Assembly (NCBI GenBank): GCA_035941955.1
Contig: DASZDO010000096.1
Location: forward strand, 40,534-104,533
DNA from: Chthoniobacterales bacterium
Lineage (GTDB): Bacteria; Verrucomicrobiota; Verrucomicrobiia; Chthoniobacterales; UBA10450
Length of the DNA: 64,000 nucleotides
Direction of reading: 5' to 3'
Under the pieces are notes generated by a model, which was not told the origin of the DNA, ran no database searches, and worked only from the letters and a program-made list of their open reading frames with translations. This document shows positions 1-9,264 of this stretch, one piece after another; within the stretch, counting starts at the first letter, position 1; each line of letters opens with the position of its first letter. A program made the translations under genes and the position numbers.

Positions 1-1034
1 GCACCAAGATCGTCTATCGTAGAAGCGGATCCAGTGGAGGTGTTTTCGTGATGAGTGCCTACGGCGCGAATCCAACGCGTCTGACGACGTCCGGCACGGA
101 TCAGTTCCCGGTCTGGTCGCCTGATGGCACCAAGATCGCCTATCTCAGCAGGCCCGTTAACAGCGAAATCTTCGTGATGAATTCGGACGGCTCGAATCAG
201 ACTAATCTCTCCAACATGTCGGGAGAGGATATAAGGCCAGACTGGCAGCGGATCACACTACCGGCGGCGCAAGCCCTCCAGCTCTCGAGCCGGATGTTTG
301 TTCAGACCGGCGATAATGTTGGCATCGGTGGGTTCATCATCACGGGATCTGTTCCGAAGCAGGTGGTGGTCCGGGCCGTTGGACCCTCGTCCGTGCCCGG
401 TGCGCTCGCCGACCCCGTGCTGGAGCTGCATGGACCTCCCGGATTTGCCACCCTCATCAACGATAATTGCGCCGATGGCCAAATTCCTCCTCCGCCGCCC
501 TTTTGCCAGCCGGGTGGCCTCGACGCCGCGCTTGAGGCGATCCTGAACCCGGGAGCCTATACCGCGATCGTGAGAGGCAATGATAACACTACAGGAGTGG
601 CTTTGGTTGAAGTTTATGACGTGAACCATGGAGTCGACTCGAAACTTGCCAACATAAGTACACGGGCCTTTGTCAATACCGCGGACAACATCGTGATCGC
701 AGGCTTTATCCTCGGCGGCAATAGTGGTGATGACCGGATTGTCCTGCGCGGCATCGGACCGAGCCTGACTGACTTTGGCGTGCCGAATGCGCTGGCCAAT
801 CCCACCCTTGAGCTGCGCGATGAAAATGGAGCGCTCGTGATCTCAAATAACGACTGGCAGGATGATCCGGCCCAGGCGGCAGAGCTGATTGCGGCAGGTC
901 TGGCGCCGGCGAACAACCTCGAGTCGGGCATCGCCGCGACGTTGCCGCCTGGCCCTTACACCGCGCTTCTCGCGGGGCTGAACAACGGCTCCGGTGTCGG
1001 GTTAGTTGAAGTTTACGACCGTGGGGCGCCGTAG
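1..1034 (+). CDS. Secreted PD40/TolB-like beta-propeller repeat protein (5' partial) ending in two copies of a ~120-aa C-terminal domain
   Basis: The frame of the 48..1034 ORF stays open back to base 3 (TKIVYRRSGSSGGVFVMSAY...), so the gene runs off the left edge. PD40-type repeats are present (FPVWSPDGTKIAYLS, IFVMNSDGSNQTNLS). The C-terminal repeats share ANISTR..V.TGDN..IGGFI..G...V.RGIGPSL...ALA(D/N)P.LEL with the ORFs at 20579..22036 and 37320..39413. Confidence 0.7.
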   Translation, partial: TKIVYRRSGSSGGVFVMSAYGANPTRLTTSGTDQFPVWSPDGTKIAYLSRPVNSEIFVMNSDGSNQTNLSNMSGEDIRPDWQRITLPAAQALQLSSRMFVQTGDNVGIGGFIITGSVPKQVVVRAVGPSSVPGALADPVLELHGPPGFATLINDNCADGQIPPPPPFCQPGGLDAALEAILNPGAYTAIVRGNDNTTGVALVEVYDVNHGVDSKLANISTRAFVNTADNIVIAGFILGGNSGDDRIVLRGIGPSLTDFGVPNALANPTLELRDENGALVISNNDWQDDPAQAAELIAAGLAPANNLESGIAATLPPGPYTALLAGLNNGSGVGLVEVYDRGAP

Positions 1035-1135
1035 CGAGGCTTCCATTACCTACTTGAAGCAAGAAAGTCGGCTGCTTGTCTTTACTTTCTGCAAATAGCC
1101 GCGGGCAAATTGGAAGGCTCGATTGGGTCTTCGGA

Positions 1136-1738
1136 TCAACGTCCGGGCAGTCTTGGCTCCATCTTTAGGGAAGCTTCGAGATTATTCTGGAAAGCCCGTC
1201 GAATCACCCAGCCCTTCCCGTGAAGACCTGGCGGCCCTTTGATCTCAGTCCATTTGCCGTCGGCCTTCAGGACCGCGAGACGTGCGCAGCCGTAGTAATC
1301 CGCCTGGTCGCCGCCGGGCTCGTCCAGATGAGCGAAAGAAAGCGCCATGGTGCCGTCGGCGATCTGGTAGATCAGAAGGTGGAGCAGAACGGAGGTGCCG
1401 AGATTTGGCTTATCGATCGTATAATTGCCGGCAATCAACACCTCTTTCGCCCGTTGCAGAGCAAGCGAATCGTAACGGCCATTGAGCTCCGAGCGTATCA
1501 CTCGCATTCCGGAGAGATGCGTGCCCGCCAGGCTGGCGCGAACGACAATCCACCCCTGGACCGGAGAGATGAGCAGAGACTGGTGGAATTGCGGGCTGAT
1601 GGACCTCTTCAAGACCCGGACCGGAATAACATTCAGGTCCGTGAGCGTGCGGACCTCAGAGGGTGACTTGGCCGCGAAACTGTCACCGAGGAAAGTAAAA
1701 AGGATGAGTATGACGAGCAATAATAGAGGCCGCTTCAT
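1136..1738 (-). CDS. Hypothetical secreted protein
   Basis: 200-aa ORF with a clear signal peptide (MKRPLLLLVILILFTFLGDSFA). No family recognised. Confidence 0.5.
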   Translation of the reverse strand: MKRPLLLLVILILFTFLGDSFAAKSPSEVRTLTDLNVIPVRVLKRSISPQFHQSLLISPVQGWIVVRASLAGTHLSGMRVIRSELNGRYDSLALQRAKEVLIAGNYTIDKPNLGTSVLLHLLIYQIADGTMALSFAHLDEPGGDQADYYGCARLAVLKADGKWTEIKGPPGLHGKGWVIRRAFQNNLEASLKMEPRLPGR

Positions 1739-1998
1739 GCGCCAAGCTTAACCGAGGAAAGCAGAGTCGCGAGGTAATTTTCACAGCCTTTTCGGAACAA
1801 ATGTCCCAGGCCGGGCGCTTGTTCCGAAGGCACCACCTTTTCTGGAATCGCAATCCGTAATTCCTTGCCCTTGGAGATGGCAGGCCAATAGAATCGCAGC
1901 CGTTACCCTGAGCGCGGATTGGAAGTGGGCCAGCGGGGACGTCCTCACACTCCATGGCCGTCAACTTTCCTCCACGCTCCTTTTATGATCGTAGAACT

Positions 1999-3432
1999 AT
2001 GAAAATCCCACTCTTGGTGCGCCGTTGCATTTCTATCTGTTTCTTAGCTATCATCCCGGCCTGCCTCCAGGCTGCGGATGCTAATAATTCCGGCGGATAT
2101 GCTCTCAAAGGAACCCTCGTTACTCCGACCGAAATCGTCGAAGACGGAACTATTCTTGTGGTTGGGGACAAGATCCAGGCGATCGGGAAAGACATACCGC
2201 TTCCGACCGGCGTTAAAGTCATTGAAACAAAAGCATTTATTTATCCGGGCCTGATCGATCTTCACAATCACATCACCTGGAATTTCCTGCCGCGTTGGCA
2301 ACCGGGACGGAAGTTTGTCGATCGATACGAATGGCAACAAATCCCGGAATACGCCCTGGCCCTAAAGACTCCCCACGACCAGATCATCCCCTTTCCGCCA
2401 CCAGCTTCAACGCGTCCGCCCGCACAGGAAGACCTGGCTTGCGACGCTAACCGATATGGCGAAGTAAAGGCCATCGTCGGCGGGGCCACCTCCGTCATCG
2501 ACAGTCTGGGCGAACTGAAGACCGACCCGTGCATCAAAGGCCTGGCCAGGAATTTGAACTCCTACTCGGCGCTATATCCGGCCGAAAAACCGGAGCAATT
2601 ATGGAACGCAGTCTTTCCTCTCGAGCTCAAGAACGACGATGTAAAGAAGCTGAATGATAACCTGAGCGATCCTCAACAGCACTATGCGCTGGTGGTTCAT
2701 CTCGCTGAAGGAAAGGCCAGCGATGCCAGTTCGGCGCGGGAGTTTCGCATGTTCAAAGCCCGCGGGTTTCTGCGGGCCGGCGTCTCGATCATCCACGGTG
2801 TCGCCCTGCGTCAGCCTGACTTCGCCGAAATGGCAAAGGCCCAGGTGGGTTTGATCTGGTCTCCCCGCAGCAACATCGAACTATATGGCGAGACCACGGA
2901 CGTGCGCACCGCAAAGCAGAGCGGCGTCAAAATCGCTTTGGCGCCCGATTGGAGCCCATCGGGTAGTGATGGGACCCTGGAGGAATTGAATTATGCCGCC
3001 GTGTGGAATGCCGGACAAAACCCCAGGGTGTTCACTGACGCGGAATTGGTCGAGATGGTGACCGCTAATCCCGCGAAACTTGCCCGGCTGGATGATAAGA
3101 TCGGGAGCCTAAAGTCTGGTTACTTCGCGGATCTCCTGGTCGTTGGCAGTCAGGAAACCGACCCATATCGAGCATTGCCAGGTGCCCGGCCCATGGACAT
3201 CAAACTTGTGGTTGTCGGAGGAAACCCGGTCTATGGCGACGAAGATCTGATGCAGGATTTGGCTCCCGCCGGTCGCTTGGAGCCGGTCTCTTTGTGCGGG
3301 ACAAAGAAGTTACTAAATCTCGAGACCGCCAACCCGCTCCCGGCAAAACCGTGGAAGGATACCGTAAGCGCACTCGCGAAAGCACTAAAACCATCCGGCT
3401 TGCCTCTATCCGAACTCACAACCTGTCCCTGA
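1999..3432 (+). CDS. Amidohydrolase-superfamily metal-dependent hydrolase, secreted
   Basis: HxH metal motif in GLIDLHNHITWN, plus APDWSPSGSD and GSLKSGYFADLLVV blocks typical of the amidohydrolase fold. A signal peptide follows the Met at 1999 (MKIPLLVRRCISICFLAIIPACLQA). Confidence 0.8.
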   Translation: MKIPLLVRRCISICFLAIIPACLQAADANNSGGYALKGTLVTPTEIVEDGTILVVGDKIQAIGKDIPLPTGVKVIETKAFIYPGLIDLHNHITWNFLPRWQPGRKFVDRYEWQQIPEYALALKTPHDQIIPFPPPASTRPPAQEDLACDANRYGEVKAIVGGATSVIDSLGELKTDPCIKGLARNLNSYSALYPAEKPEQLWNAVFPLELKNDDVKKLNDNLSDPQQHYALVVHLAEGKASDASSAREFRMFKARGFLRAGVSIIHGVALRQPDFAEMAKAQVGLIWSPRSNIELYGETTDVRTAKQSGVKIALAPDWSPSGSDGTLEELNYAAVWNAGQNPRVFTDAELVEMVTANPAKLARLDDKIGSLKSGYFADLLVVGSQETDPYRALPGARPMDIKLVVVGGNPVYGDEDLMQDLAPAGRLEPVSLCGTKKLLNLETANPLPAKPWKDTVSALAKALKPSGLPLSELTTCP

Positions 3433-3551
3433 TCGGCAGGACCATCCAGCTAAACTAACAAGTAAAACAGGCTGGCCTTCGGGCGCGAATAACGTCTTCT
3501 TCGCTAACCTGGCCGAGCGCTGGAGCAAGTTATCTGAAACCAGCCGATTGA

Positions 3552-3767
3552 CTACTTCCGCTTTTTTGCCCAAGCCACTATCTTTTCCACCAGCCAATTT
3601 ACAAACGCAATGATTCCGCAAATGACAAGCAGTAATACGCCGCACACCAAAGGCCCGGCGAGTCCCCCATCGTAACCCGCGTAACCTGCATGCGCGGGAC
3701 CTGCAAGAAAGCAAAGCGCGGTAGACAATATGCCCATGCGTAACGCCGCGATTTGTTTCGTTTTCAT
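3552..3767 (-). CDS. Small membrane protein (hypothetical)
   Basis: 71 aa from the internal Met (MKTKQIAALRMGILSTALCFLAGPAHA) plus a second hydrophobic helix and a KKRK tail. No family recognised. Confidence 0.35.
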   Translation of the reverse strand: MKTKQIAALRMGILSTALCFLAGPAHAGYAGYDGGLAGPLVCGVLLLVICGIIAFVNWLVEKIVAWAKKRK

Positions 3768-3860
3768 GTCGCTTTCAATGATAGGCCGCATCATCTCATG
3801 GCTCAACGGGCCACTCGGCGCGTTGGTGCCCGGATTGCCCTTGCCGTTCTTTGGACGGCC

Positions 3861-4229
3861 CTAATACTTGGCGATGGCTACGTAATCCAGAGAAACGTTG
3901 GTATCGAGCTTCACGGGCACACCGTCGTCGCACCTTTTGTGTTGCACCTCGAAACCGTCGAGTCTCTTGTGGAGCGGGTTGAAGTACGTGCAGACGGAAA
4001 TTGGCGAGTATCCGGCTGTATTCGTTGCCTGAACGACGACGGAATAATTCAGGCTCGGCATCGGGCCGTGGGTGAAGATGATGTTGATTCCATCCTTGCC
4101 ACTCGCAAATACGGCCGTTCCGGCCCGATATTGCACGAGTGGAAGTGGCGCCGCTGCCTGTCCGTACGTCAGATCGGCCATAGTGGCCAGGGCTACGAGA
4201 GCCACGGCCAGGGTTAGTAATTTCTTCAT
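3861..4229 (-). CDS. Hypothetical secreted protein
   Basis: 122-aa ORF with signal peptide MKKLLTLAVALVALATMA. No family recognised. Confidence 0.5.
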   Translation of the reverse strand: MKKLLTLAVALVALATMADLTYGQAAAPLPLVQYRAGTAVFASGKDGINIIFTHGPMPSLNYSVVVQATNTAGYSPISVCTYFNPLHKRLDGFEVQHKRCDDGVPVKLDTNVSLDYVAIAKY

Positions 4230-4401
4230 GGGAGGGATTTTTTCTGTTTTGAGGTTATTTAGAACTGTTGACGCGATTATCTACGGCAATGCCGCTTTGA
4301 GGTTCTCCAAAATCCGATCTGATTCGGGGTTCTGGCGAGAACGTCTCCCATATCGAGAGTTGGAGTGATCCAACGGTGTTCCGAAAAAGATTTCCGCTGC
4401 C

Positions 4402-4599
4402 TTACTTCTTGGAGAATGGGACCTCCGGCAAAATGGGAGGCTCGATCAGGTCTTTGCACTCTTCGACCTCTTCGTTCGAATTCACCAGCTGGCCACCGGG
4501 ATTTACCAGGCGCGCGGTGACGAAAATGATGAGGTTTCGTTTGATGTGCTGCTCGGCGTTGGAGCGAAAGAGCTGCTCGAGAACGCACCATTCCAACAT
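4402..4599 (-). pseudogene. C-terminal remnant of a type II/IV secretin (PilQ-like)
   Basis: LEQLFRSNAEQHIKRNLIIFVTARLVNPGGQ matches the extreme C-terminal secretin consensus (LG.LFR...........L.IF.TP.I). Only about the last 55 residues are present, and the reading frame upstream loses all similarity. Confidence 0.5.
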
Positions 4600-4605
4600 A
4601 GCCCA

Positions 4606-4869
4606 TTACTGCGTAGCGGCGTCATCTGCTGGCGCAACTTCCTCAGTTGCAAAAAAGATGCAGCGTGTCTCCGTCGCTACTCTTCCAGCGGCGTCTGAGA
4701 AAGGACCGGTAATTTCAACCGCATACCCACCCAACATTCGCGCTGCAATAGTACCTTTCGTACCATGAGAAACGTCAGAATGGCGCGATCTCAAGATGAC
4801 GACTCGATTATGTTTCTCTAACGGCATATCACAAGCACTACAACCCTGCGTAATACCTTCTCTTTGCAC
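4606..4869 (-). CDS. Small protein, possibly DUF4926-like
   Basis: 87-aa ORF 53 nt downstream of the kinase-HD gene on the same strand. The pattern VVILRS....HGTKGTIAA...GGYAVEI....G resembles DUF4926. This is a weak assignment. Confidence 0.4.
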   Translation of the reverse strand: MQREGITQGCSACDMPLEKHNRVVILRSRHSDVSHGTKGTIAARMLGGYAVEITGPFSDAAGRVATETRCIFFATEEVAPADDAATQ

Positions 4870-4922
4870 TCACAAGTCTCGTTCCAGTTTTGATTCTCGA
4901 AATAAACCCTGGTCGAATCGAG

Positions 4923-7235
4923 TTACTTCGATCGTCCTACCTCCTCCAACAGTGGTCCCCAGTCGTCTGGCGTCATTGCCTTCAACGTACTGTAGTACTT
5001 CGGATGACAGAAAATGTACGCCTGTCTAACAGACTCCAAATAATCATTGGACGCGCCAAGCTTCTCCGGCACATCGTCAAAATCGTTCTTCCTAGAATCC
5101 CATATACGTAATTGACGATAACTATACGTCTCCTTACCTGGTTTGACCGGAGTCTTTTCCACTATAAGATCAAGCTCGGTTATGCCGGGACATCTCGTTT
5201 TCAGGGACTCGGCGATTCGTTTCGATGCGTCGACTGATCCTTGATAGTCTTTTTGATCTAACAAGCGTTGAAAAAAAGTTGACACCGCAAGTGGCTCATT
5301 TTTGCTCGAAAGACTAAACGTGTAGGCGGGTTTGAAAATATCCCGTCCAGCAAACGCAAACGGGGATATCAAGGGCAGTAGATCTGTATGCTTAGTAGCT
5401 TTCACCCGCTGAACGAGGGTCGAAATAAACACGTCATCGGGTAATTCTAGCAACTCAGAGATCACTGTCGGATTATCAACATCGCGCTTCACGTAGTGAT
5501 AGAAGAAATGCTTGAACATGCCTGTACATGCTCTCACCGTTTTGTGCCAATACACCTCCTGATACATGACATTACGACAAGCGAGAAGTGACGGTAGATA
5601 TGATCGCCCCTTCCGATTCAGGCATATGCGCGCGTGGGCTATGTCCAAATATAATGCGTCAATCAATCGATCCGGGTCCAGGGCCCGTCCGTAAGTAACA
5701 CCACAATGAATGCTGTCTCTTATCAGGTAATCTAGCTTGTCGACATCCAAAACCGAATCGATTATCGAATGCGCTACCAACTTCCTCGGATCCGTAAGGT
5801 TTTCCCCACAAATCACATCAGTGACCAAGTTAGGATCCAAATCCCATCGTTCGCTGATAATGGTCTTGATCTTTGAGCGTTCGAGAATCTGCTTGGCGCG
5901 CTGCTCATGACTTGGCAAATTCAAGTTCTGAGGCAGCGGTGCTAACTCTTCTATCCAGTGGGAATACGGATAATGGCCGATATCGTGTAACAGGGCCGAG
6001 AGAGTGACCAGCTTCAACATTTCCGGCACCGGGTCAGCAAAATCGTTAAAGATGGGGAGTCGTGTCAGGCTCTCGAGGTAGCGTAGTGCCAGATGATAAG
6101 TGCCCAATGAGTGTTCAAAACGCGTGTGGTAAGCTCCCGGAAACACAAAAAATGTTGGCCCGAGCTGCCGCGTCCCTCGCAAACGTTGAAAATCGCCTTC
6201 GTCTATTACGGCTTTGACTTCGGGAGTCAGCGAGACGGGCCCGGAAACCGGTAACTGGACCCTGCTGTCAAATACGAAGCGATTCCGTTGACGTGGGAGC
6301 AGAAAATCCCCAGTCCGAAGGCGTAACCCCCACCCCGATCTAGTGAAATACTGCTCTAACGTTCTTTTGAAAAACATGGCGTCTCTAGTAGGAAAGCGCC
6401 TATGCCCGAAAGAGGTTGCAGCCAACAGCGTGTCCTCTAACCCAGAATAACGGGTGGCGTCATAGTCATTCCGGAGAAGTGGCAAGATTTTCCGGAGAAC
6501 AAGCGCAAATTCGAAAATGTCGTTGGCCTCGTATTTCTCTTCTAATATTAAGGTAGGGTTGACGTTTTCAAATCGCCTTATTACGGGGTCTTGCCCAGGG
6601 GATGTGCCGTGGCGCGCGAACCCAAAATCCGCCAAGACAAAGTTCTGATCTTCATCCCGAAACAGAATATTGTCTGCCTTGATATCCTTGTGGGCCAGTT
6701 TTTCGCGATGACAATGAATTATCGCATCCGAGATATGCCGAACGACCTTTTCAAACAAATCGACGCGAAGCGGCTCAAACTGCGGATATATGGGAAGCTC
6801 TGTCTCAGGGTCATAGTCTCTTCGACAAGCCGGAAACATATCTGATAGACGCCGGGACAGATAGTCCATCACATAAAAATAAACGCCGCCGTCTTCGGAA
6901 TCTAATCCTTCGACTAACTGCCACCGCGCCTCAATGTCATTATAGGTCGCCCTTCCCGCCGTCTTAATTCCGACGATGTTCTTATGGTTTGTAGTCGCTA
7001 AAATCTTCACTTCGCGAACGAAATTTCCAATGCTTTCCGTTTCAGACATTGTGACATCTGGTCCCGGGAGGTACAGTTTTAAAGCGAAGGACTTGCCAAT
7101 GGGGTGCATTAACTGATACACGCCGCCCTGTTCACCCTTGCCCAAGCGCTTGACGATTCGGTATGGTCCGAACGCTAAAACTGCTGATTCAGGGTCCTGA
7201 CTAATAGCTTCATCAATGCGGTCAACGATTTTCAT
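4923..7235 (-). CDS. Fusion protein: Hanks-type Ser/Thr protein kinase (N-terminal) + SAMHD1/Dgt-type HD dNTP triphosphohydrolase-like domain (C-terminal)
   Basis: Kinase motifs: LGKGEQGGVY, FALK, HKDIKADNILF, LADFGFAR. HD motifs: YHTRFEHSLGTYHLA, LSALLHDIGHYPYSH, DVDKLDYLIRDSIHCGV. Single uninterrupted 770-aa ORF, visibly more AT-rich than its flanks. Confidence 0.85.
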   Translation of the reverse strand: MKIVDRIDEAISQDPESAVLAFGPYRIVKRLGKGEQGGVYQLMHPIGKSFALKLYLPGPDVTMSETESIGNFVREVKILATTNHKNIVGIKTAGRATYNDIEARWQLVEGLDSEDGGVYFYVMDYLSRRLSDMFPACRRDYDPETELPIYPQFEPLRVDLFEKVVRHISDAIIHCHREKLAHKDIKADNILFRDEDQNFVLADFGFARHGTSPGQDPVIRRFENVNPTLILEEKYEANDIFEFALVLRKILPLLRNDYDATRYSGLEDTLLAATSFGHRRFPTRDAMFFKRTLEQYFTRSGWGLRLRTGDFLLPRQRNRFVFDSRVQLPVSGPVSLTPEVKAVIDEGDFQRLRGTRQLGPTFFVFPGAYHTRFEHSLGTYHLALRYLESLTRLPIFNDFADPVPEMLKLVTLSALLHDIGHYPYSHWIEELAPLPQNLNLPSHEQRAKQILERSKIKTIISERWDLDPNLVTDVICGENLTDPRKLVAHSIIDSVLDVDKLDYLIRDSIHCGVTYGRALDPDRLIDALYLDIAHARICLNRKGRSYLPSLLACRNVMYQEVYWHKTVRACTGMFKHFFYHYVKRDVDNPTVISELLELPDDVFISTLVQRVKATKHTDLLPLISPFAFAGRDIFKPAYTFSLSSKNEPLAVSTFFQRLLDQKDYQGSVDASKRIAESLKTRCPGITELDLIVEKTPVKPGKETYSYRQLRIWDSRKNDFDDVPEKLGASNDYLESVRQAYIFCHPKYYSTLKAMTPDDWGPLLEEVGRSK

Positions 7236-7617
7236 TTGTCTTCAGCGAGTTAGGACATGTGCACGTAATTAATTGCCAATTGTGAAATGACTCGATCACC
7301 GAGCCTCAGGGCCGTGATGGGTTCTCGGCTTGCTTGCTACGGTGGCAGATCGATCATGATGCAACGCGGGTTGGTGGAAGGGGTCTCGAATTGGGGGTTG
7401 AGAAATGGGGTGATGGGAGATTAAACGGTCAGTTGAGCTTATAGGAAGCAGATTTTTCAATTTTCGTCGCTTGTCCAATATCTCATCCCGTATTGACTTC
7501 TTGCTTCATCCGCCGTGATGAACGGGTTACCGGCAGACGGGCAAGTGAAAGCGAAGCGAGGCCGAGTCGAGCCGCCCGTGCTCGACGAAAGACGAGTCCG
7601 ATATAGGAAACAAAGGA

Positions 7618-7652
7618 TTGGGACACCGGAACAGAAAGTTCGCGGTGCCCAA
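7618..7652 (-). terminator. Probable intrinsic terminator of the 7724..8473 gene
   Basis: On the minus strand, TTGGGCACCGCGAAC...GTTCCGGTGTCCCAA forms a ~10-bp stem with one bulge. It is followed by a T-rich run (TCCTTTGTTTCC), about 70 nt after the stop codon. Confidence 0.45.
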
Positions 7653-7723
7653 TCGTTTTGTTCCCCCAGGAACAAGTCTTCCAGATAGGGATTCTGAAGG
7701 CGAATTACAAGCGAAATCGCAAG

Positions 7724-8473
7724 TCAATAACGAAGACCGACGATGGTCTTATACTCTGCGCTACGTCGACCGAACTGGGCTGCGACGGCGGCTTTGGCTT
7801 GCTGGAACTGCGATTTCAAGCCGGTCTGTTCGCCGTCATAAAGCTCGGCGCGAGCGGCGACCGCGTTGCGGACTTCAACCAGCGCTGTGGTAACCGTCTT
7901 GTTGTGGTTTGCGAGAGCCGTCATGGAGGCGGTCAGCGCGGCCGGCTGGAGATCGGTGGCGGTGGGATTGTAGCCGGGCACTTGCGCCGCAGCCGCGGCC
8001 AGGTCGCGCCCGGCCTGCACGAGGGAGCCGTAACTGGCTTCCGATTGTGAAATCTCCTTTTTGTTCGCGTTGGGCCCGCCCGGTGGGGCGGTGACGGGCT
8101 TCTTCGGCGGCCGGTAGTTGCTGATTTTTTGGGTGAGCCGCTGGATCTGTTTGTAGCTGGGCGAGTGCTTGCCGCCCGCCATCGAGCCCGGGGTGTCGCG
8201 CACGCGAGCGGCGAGGGTGGCGAGGCCGGGCACGCCCTGCTTGACATCGCCGAAGTAGGCGAGCCGGCGGCTGGTGCGCGCGTCGGAGAGCGTCTGGCTC
8301 GAGCTCGCGACGGTGTTGTTGGCCGCCTCAACGGCGTCGAGGTGTTGCTTGAATTTGGTCGGAGTCAGGTTGGCATTATCCGGCGAGTAGCCGGCGATTT
8401 TATCAAGCGCGACCTGGAGGGCGCGCCCGTGTTCGAGTCGATTTCCGAAGGTACGTTCTGAGGTTTTAGGCAT
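7724..8473 (-). CDS. Hypothetical protein with internal duplication
   Basis: 249-aa ORF. Its two halves share (I/V)(A/P)GY(S/N)P...L.P... followed by Ala/Thr-rich helical sequence, with a PPKKPVTAPPGGP linker between them. No family recognised. Confidence 0.6.
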   Translation of the reverse strand: MPKTSERTFGNRLEHGRALQVALDKIAGYSPDNANLTPTKFKQHLDAVEAANNTVASSSQTLSDARTSRRLAYFGDVKQGVPGLATLAARVRDTPGSMAGGKHSPSYKQIQRLTQKISNYRPPKKPVTAPPGGPNANKKEISQSEASYGSLVQAGRDLAAAAAQVPGYNPTATDLQPAALTASMTALANHNKTVTTALVEVRNAVAARAELYDGEQTGLKSQFQQAKAAVAAQFGRRSAEYKTIVGLRY

Positions 8474-8766
8474 GATGTGTCCTGGTTAGGGGTTGATGGA
8501 TGGGGAACGTCTGGGGGAGAGGTTCAGGCCCGCCATGACGCGTCCCTGATATGACTAGACTGAATTTTTGCCGCGCAGTGTCAATCTCTTTTCTAAGTCA
8601 AAGCATAGGTATCGGCGAATAGAAGAACGCTATCGCGAGAACGAGCGGGAGTGCCGTCAGTGAATGGATGACAGTGCGCAGATGCAGGAAAATACTCAGC
8701 CGTGATAGAACACCAGGAGCCCAAAGCAATTCTCCAACCAGCGACTTCACTTCGATCAACGGCCCG

Positions 8767-8929
8767 AAAGTATTTCTACATTGACCGAAAGCGCTTCTAC
8801 ATCGGGCAACTGCCACGCCTCAGGCCGCCGATTCTCATCCATATGGGGCTCAAAAGTATTTCTACAGTAGCCGATTGCAGGTCTACAATTTCCGAGTGTA
8901 CTGCTTTAGGCGGCAAGGGCACTTCTATA
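8767..8929. repeat. Cluster of five TTCTA(C/T)A-type direct repeats (iteron-like)
   Basis: AAAGTATTTCTACA occurs at 8767-8780 and 8853-8866. Further (T/G)TCTA(C/T)A cores lie at 8795-8801, 8881-8887 and 8923-8929, in the 550-bp gap upstream of 9025..9264. Confidence 0.3.
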
Positions 8930-9024
8930 TCTGATAAGTATCTTATCGCAGGGCGTTACGTTCCGTCATATCTCTTTGGCTTGGTCAGTAGGCTGACAGC
9001 GAAAATGGCAGGACGGATCAAGAT

Positions 9025-9264
9025 ATGAAATACTGGGAAATCATCGCGGATCGTCTGAGCAAATCAGGCTGGAGTTGGGGGTGCGTCGCAATTACCGCTG
9101 ACCAGGGACGCGCGATTTTTGTTGTTGATGCTCATCGCGACGATGGCCACCGCTACGTCGTGCGTTCGGATGACAAACTGACAGCGTTTCTTGAAATCGA
9201 AACGGTCGCGCGCACTACGCCACCGACGACGCTCAGCTTGGCGGTTCGGGCTCGCCGTCGATGA
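9025..9264 (+). CDS. Small conserved hypothetical protein
   Basis: 79-aa ORF MKYWEIIADRLSKSGWSWGCVAITADQGRAIFVVDAHRDDGHRYVVRSDDKLTAFLEIE. It resembles a widespread uncharacterised small-protein family (recollection only). Its 3' end overlaps 9233..9796 convergently. Confidence 0.45.
   Translation: MKYWEIIADRLSKSGWSWGCVAITADQGRAIFVVDAHRDDGHRYVVRSDDKLTAFLEIETVARTTPPTTLSLAVRARRR

Noticed and set aside
6591-6845. The plus-strand 84-aa ORF inside the kinase-HD gene.
   Set aside because: It is antisense to a well-supported long ORF, in an AT-richer region where random ORFs are expected. It has no recognisable motifs.
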